Positions 61,412-64,000 of a DNA stretch of 64,000 bases are shown piece after piece; position 1 is the stretch's first letter, and the number at the start of each line of letters is the position of its first letter. The notes beneath the pieces are model-generated. The model ran no database searches, was not told where the DNA came from, and saw nothing but the letters and a program-made list of their open reading frames with translations. The DNA comes from Eremomyces bilateralis CBS 781.70 (taxonomy: Eukaryota): the NCBI GenBank assembly GCA_010015585.1, contig ML975184.1. One strand, given 5' to 3'. The position numbers and the translations under genes are program-made.

Positions 61412-63424
61412 ATGGGCTCTGCAGCCTCAAGACAAGACTCTTCGGCGCCTTCGGGCCACGCGCGCCAGTATCGAAGATCCGTATTTCACCAACTGCCGTC
61501 GAGACTCTCGTTTCACCATGCCGCCCCTTCGTCCCAACATACCTTACCCACGTCCTCGACCCCCCGATCCCTATCACGATTGCTCCGGCGTCCTCGACGG
61601 CCAGCGTCGCCCGCTCGACCGGACATGACGGACATTCGACGACACCACCGCTTTTCACTCGCCGGCACGGCTATCTCATCCGGGATTTCTGGTGCCTGGA
61701 GTCGAGTTGCACCACATAGAACACGCCGAACTAGCCTGAGCAACCGGTCTGCGACGCACGATGCTAGGCCGTCGGAAGAGTACCTCGACATTGAGATGCC
61801 GGACGTGGCATTCGACTTCGACGAGCTTTCAGGAACTATGGACACCGCTTCCCCGACCGTTTCACGGAATAGCTCAGATATGAGTCCGAACCTAGCCAGT
61901 TCGTTGCGGAGAAGGGGGCCGCCAATCGTGCGAGGCGAAGATCAAATCGCGATTCTTTCAAGACTATTGTCTGCAGCCGCGGCAATGACGGCGGAAACAC
62001 TACTGGGCAGAGATCATAGAACCGTCACGTCCGATCGAGATGCGTCGGCTGCGGGCGAAGAGGGGTCCTTTGATAACTTCCTCCAATCACTTCGGAGTGG
62101 TCAAATCGCGTCCGCTCTCCGACAGAGTGCGAATGAAACGGATGGTGAAAGTGAGGGAAGCAATCCCGAACAACGCCCGCTGAACTTCTTTCGAATGTTC
62201 CGCTTTGGGTCAGCTGGGCGCCAGGGCAACGATAACGCTGAAGGGAGCCCGGAAGGACGAATGATACCCATCATCATCGTTGGGATTCGGTCTATATCTG
62301 GCGGAAATGACGAGCCGAACATAAATCCTTTTTTCGAAGCCCTATCTGCACATCCGCCCGCCCTACAAGCCCCGACCGACGATAGCTTCACCAGTCTACG
62401 TCGTCAAACGCAGAACGGTCCTCGGGCACACAGTCATCGCCGAACGGCGTCCATGGGTGGCTTTAGGTCAACATCTGGCGCAACCGACTCGGATTCCCGT
62501 GACACCTCATATGAGCGGACCCGTGAAGGCACCCACATCCCCTTATCTCCGATCCCGCCGCCGTCAACTCCAGCAAACGGAGTCCTCCCCGAGCTCACAC
62601 CCAGGACCTCAATCAACAATCCACCGTCTCAACTCCCGTCGGCACCATCCGCGAGTACCTCGTCCACCAGTGATGATTCTCGAAACTTGTCGGTCAGCAG
62701 CGACCACGGCATTGACGGCGACCGATTGGCGCCTCCCCCCTTCACCCGCCGACGACCCCGCGAACGCCCGCACAGCCAACCCGATTTCGGTCGATTCGGA
62801 TCCGGGTCACCCCGGCGCAACGGTGTCATCGCGCCCGACAACCTCGACGAATCGCAATCTTCCCGAAGCTGGATCATCTACGTGTTGGGCGGTAGCTATC
62901 CCGAGAACCATCCGATTCTGACCACCTCGAGCCTCTTCACCGACTCCCCTTCGTACGAGGACATGCTGCTTCTCACATCGTTGCTCGGCCCCGTCAAGCC
63001 TCCTGTTGCCAGCGCCGAAGACGTTGCCGCTGCTCCCGGCATCTTTCGCATCCAGGAGCGTCTTGGAACCCTGCACGCGATCGCGGTGGAAGGTAGCGAC
63101 ATGATCCCAATCAACGCGGGCCAGCGATGCTTGGTGTGTCTGTGTGATTTTGCCATCGACGAGGAGTGCAGGCGACTCGTTGAGTGCAGCCACTTCTTCC
63201 ACCGGGAGTGCATCGACCAGGTAAGTGTGATTTACGACTTCACGAACCGAATGAACGAATTAGTTTTGCTGACGATCTCTTCCCAGTGGCTCACGACCGG
63301 TCGGAACTCATGTCCGCTTTGCCGTGGGCGTGGAGTCGAAGAGACATCGCAGGCCGAGGAGGCTGGTCCGTCTCTAACCGGCGGCGGCGATGCGTCTGCC
63401 ACAGCGTCGGCTTCTGCTGCTTAA
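61412..63424 (+). CDS. C-terminal RING-H2 E3 ubiquitin ligase-like protein
   Basis: SWIIYVLGGSYPENHPIL...SYEDMLLL, then RING-H2 CLVC...CSHFFHRECIDQ|WLTTGRNSCPLCR. Intron 63221-63286. Confidence 0.9.
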   Translation: MGSAASRQDSSAPSGHARQYRRSVFHQLPSRLSFHHAAPSSQHTLPTSSTPRSLSRLLRRPRRPASPARPDMTDIRRHHRFSLAGTAISSGISGAWSRVAPHRTRRTSLSNRSATHDARPSEEYLDIEMPDVAFDFDELSGTMDTASPTVSRNSSDMSPNLASSLRRRGPPIVRGEDQIAILSRLLSAAAAMTAETLLGRDHRTVTSDRDASAAGEEGSFDNFLQSLRSGQIASALRQSANETDGESEGSNPEQRPLNFFRMFRFGSAGRQGNDNAEGSPEGRMIPIIIVGIRSISGGNDEPNINPFFEALSAHPPALQAPTDDSFTSLRRQTQNGPRAHSHRRTASMGGFRSTSGATDSDSRDTSYERTREGTHIPLSPIPPPSTPANGVLPELTPRTSINNPPSQLPSAPSASTSSTSDDSRNLSVSSDHGIDGDRLAPPPFTRRRPRERPHSQPDFGRFGSGSPRRNGVIAPDNLDESQSSRSWIIYVLGGSYPENHPILTTSSLFTDSPSYEDMLLLTSLLGPVKPPVASAEDVAAAPGIFRIQERLGTLHAIAVEGSDMIPINAGQRCLVCLCDFAIDEECRRLVECSHFFHRECIDQVSVIYDFTNRMNELVLLTISSQWLTTGRNSCPLCRGRGVEETSQAEEAGPSLTGGGDASATASASAA

Positions 63425-64000
63425 GCGGAGTCTTCGATGCGAAACGAACTGGAGGGATGAACTCTCCCCTTCGCTACGATCCCCTTATATGACTCAAAAG
63501 ACCTGATATTTGTTGCGCACCTAAAAGCTCAAATTACGATTTCCTCATGCTCCAGCTCTGGGTTGGCTTTTCACAACAACCTAACTCTCATGTCGAGAGA
63601 TTGGAGCGGCTTTATCCCCTAACGGCCAAGACATTGTTTCTGCAAGGCGTCAAACGGTGGAATCTCATGCGCCTTGCACCGATCTCGAATTGAGCAATCT
63701 TGCTCTCCCTGCCTCCTACTCATTCCTTTGAATTGATTCTCTGTTTAATTGCTCCGTGACGTTGTATTCACCGCGAGTCGTTTAATGAGAGCGAGGAACA
63801 TTGCGCCTCTGAATCTACGGACGACCGTTACGACTCTTATGTTTTGATTCCCCCTCGGCTGCTTCTTGATCATCATGACACTGGTCCGGATCGAGGGGGA
63901 ATGGAAGGCTGGCGTCGGTGTTTATTGTATTTGTTGCCATGTCTTTCGATTCAAGACACCTTTCATTGTTCTTATAAGTCTTCTCAAATTGTACCTGCTT

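Noticed and set aside
1..64000. tRNA, rRNA or other structured ncRNA genes
   Set aside because: No cloverleaf, A/B-box or rRNA signature recognised by eye; tRNAscan-SE or Infernal would be needed to exclude them.

Overview
A eukaryotic, intron-containing window from a filamentous ascomycete (Pezizomycotina; inferred from gene families and GT..CTRAC..YAG introns). It holds about 19 protein-coding genes: an ankyrin-repeat protein, SNF7, TEN1, a C2H2/fungal-specific transcription factor, an Inn1/Fic1-like C2 protein, SAR1, a P1B heavy-metal ATPase, an Fhl1-like FHA-forkhead factor, a 2OG-Fe(II) oxygenase, a stand-alone NRPS-like adenylation domain, Med13, a secreted Gly/Ser repeat protein, a calpain, COQ5, two RING proteins, an Rrn11-like protein and two hypothetical proteins. 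Three Tc1/mariner-superfamily elements have TIRs and TA target duplications: a Fot1/pogo element, a DD34E Tc1 element and a 238-bp MITE. The most notable observations are a 2-nt microexon in the 10-exon SAR1, a probable excision footprint (TA-AT-TA) that frameshifts the Fot1 transposase, a Tc1 insertion that splits an unrecognised reading frame, a possible SPIDR-like OB-fold protein beside TEN1, and a silk-like secreted repeat protein in a gene-poor island. All calls come from reading the sequence; no database searches were run.
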